From assembly GCF_963921235.1 (NCBI RefSeq), contig NC_086097.1, positions 176,206,001 through 176,270,000 on the forward strand: a DNA stretch of 64,000 nt, read 5' to 3'. Made by a program: the position numbers and the translations under genes. The notes under the pieces are model-generated. The model worked only from the letters and a program-made list of their open reading frames with translations. It did not search any database and was not told where the DNA came from. This DNA is from Mobula hypostoma. Taxonomy: Eukaryota. Shown in pieces: positions 62,345 to 64,000 of the stretch (positions are counted from its first letter, which is position 1; each line of letters begins with the position of its first letter).

Positions 62345-63575
62345 CACTTCCATTGTATCCTGGATAAATAATGGACTACCTGATTAGCAGAATGCAGATT
62401 TCGTGGCTTCAGAGCTGTGTGTCAGACACAACTATAAGCAGCACAGGGGCCCCACAGAGGACTGTATGGGCTCTCTTCCTGTTTACTCGTATATCTTGAC
62501 TTTAGATAGAGCACTGAGTCATGTCACTTGCAGAAATTCTCTGATGACTCAGTAACAGTTGGCTAAAAAGGGAGGACAGGAGGATGAATACAGGGCACTG
62601 CTGGAGGATTTTGTCAAATGCTGTAAGGTGAATCAGCTGCAGCTCAGTATCAGTAAGACAAAGGAGATGTACTTTAGAAAACTGAGCCTGCACTATTCCC
62701 TGTTACTATTCATACTGAGGATGTGGATGCGGTGAGGCTGTACACGTACCTGGGAGTGCACCTGGATGACAAACTTGGGTGGAGCACCAACATAGAGGCC
62801 GTGTACCAGAAGGGCCAGAGTCACCTCTACTGCCTGAGGAGACTGAGGTCCTTTGGAATATGCAGGTCTCTCCTTCACATGTTCTACCAGTCTGTTGTTG
62901 CCAGCAAATCTCCTATGTGATCGGTGTTGGGGCAATGGCATCAACATGAGTGATGCCAACAGGCTCAATAAACTGATTAGAAAGCCTGGTTCTGTTATAG
63001 GAGTCAAACTGGACACACTGGAGGCTGTGGTAGAACAAAACATCCTCAGGAAAATCTGGCAATATTGGACAATGTTTCTCACCCACTGAATGCCACCTTG
63101 GCTGAACAGAGGAACACTTTTAGTAATAGACCAAGACAACAGTGCTGCTCCAAAGAGCGCTATATGAGGTCATTCTTACCCTTAGCCATTAGGCTCTATA
63201 ATGAGTCAACCTATAGCTGGGGAAGTGAAGAACCCCTCCTGTTAGACTGTTTTTAGCCTCTGTTTACCAGAGGTCCGTTTAAGCTCTGTTTACATCACAT
63301 TACTATCACAGACACCCTGTGCTATACTACCATCACTTCTTATCTGGATGGTGTGAATGCGCACCCATTACTGTATAATTCTTGAACTACCATTTTATCA
63401 GTGTGAACTTGGAAATCTTGTAATCATTGCCTTGTAAATCTTGTACATCTTATTTTTAAGGTAACTTTTTAAAAATTCTTTCTTACATCTCTTCTAATGT
63501 TTGTATATCTGTGCACTTGTAATGCTACTGTGACACTGTAATTTCCTTTGGAATCAATAAAGTATCTGTCTATCT
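62345..63575 (+). mobile_element. Rex1/Babar LINE 3' half
   Basis: STGAPQRT, HLQKFSDD, YTYLGVHLDDKLGWSTN..LRRLRSFGIC..FYQSVVAS, RYMRSFLPLAIRLYN; tail aatcaataaagtatctgtctatct. Confidence 0.9.
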
Positions 63576-64000
63576 AAAGTCAGCTGTATTTGTATTACAG
63601 TGGAGTAAAGGGAATTACAGAGGCAGGAGAGAGGAGTTGGCCAAAGATTACTGGAAGCGGGCACTCTCAGGGATGACGGCAGAGCAGCACGGCTGGGGTT
63701 GCTGGAAGAGAATCTGAAGGCACCAGATAGATGCATCTCAGATAAGAGGAAGTATTTAAGATGATGCACCTAAGACTGACAAGGGAAGTGAAAGCCAACA
63801 TAAATGTAAAAGAGGGGCATGTAATAGATTGAAAGTTAGTGGGAAATTAGAGGATTGGGAATTTTTTAAAAACAAACTGAAGGCAACTGAAAAAACATAA
63901 GCAAGGAAAAGATGAAATATGAAGGTAAGCAAGCAAATAACATCAAAGAGGATACCAAAAGGTTTTTCAGATATATAAAGTGTAGAAGAAAGGTGGGGGA

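Larger units (their letters stand above)
60370..64000 (+). mobile_element. CR1 LINE 5' part, interrupted by a CR1 tail and a Rex1 element; continues past the window end
   Basis: VLIGDSTVRG, LPGARV, HIGTND (ORF1); ITESWL, MGDFNMQIDW (endonuclease); resumes at about 63577. Confidence 0.85.

Overview
Eukaryotic, repeat-saturated vertebrate DNA. The repeat families look like those of a cartilaginous fish, probably a ray; this is inferred from repeat make-up only. No intact host gene could be recognised. Most of the window is nested transposable-element debris: many CR1 and Rex1/Babar LINE fragments, tRNA-derived V- and CORE-type SINEs, three Gypsy LTR elements, two Tc1 copies, two hAT/Charlie elements, Penelope-like elements (PLEs) and a 1.9-kb minisatellite of 20-bp units. 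The most striking signal is a size series of fold-back (hairpin) PLE-derived insertions of 63 bp, 147 bp, about 220 bp (two) and about 1.8 kb. They have near-identical termini and 13-14 bp target-site duplications (TSDs), and the three larger ones carry minimal type-I hammerhead ribozyme motifs, intact only in the 1.8-kb copy. Also notable: a Gypsy derivative with gag fused in frame to the integrase tail, a minisatellite with two binary variant sites and higher-order structure, and a repeat-free island at about 12.2-15.6 kb with promoter and splice-like signals. All family calls come from motif recognition by eye. Boundaries without a TSD or terminal repeat are approximate.
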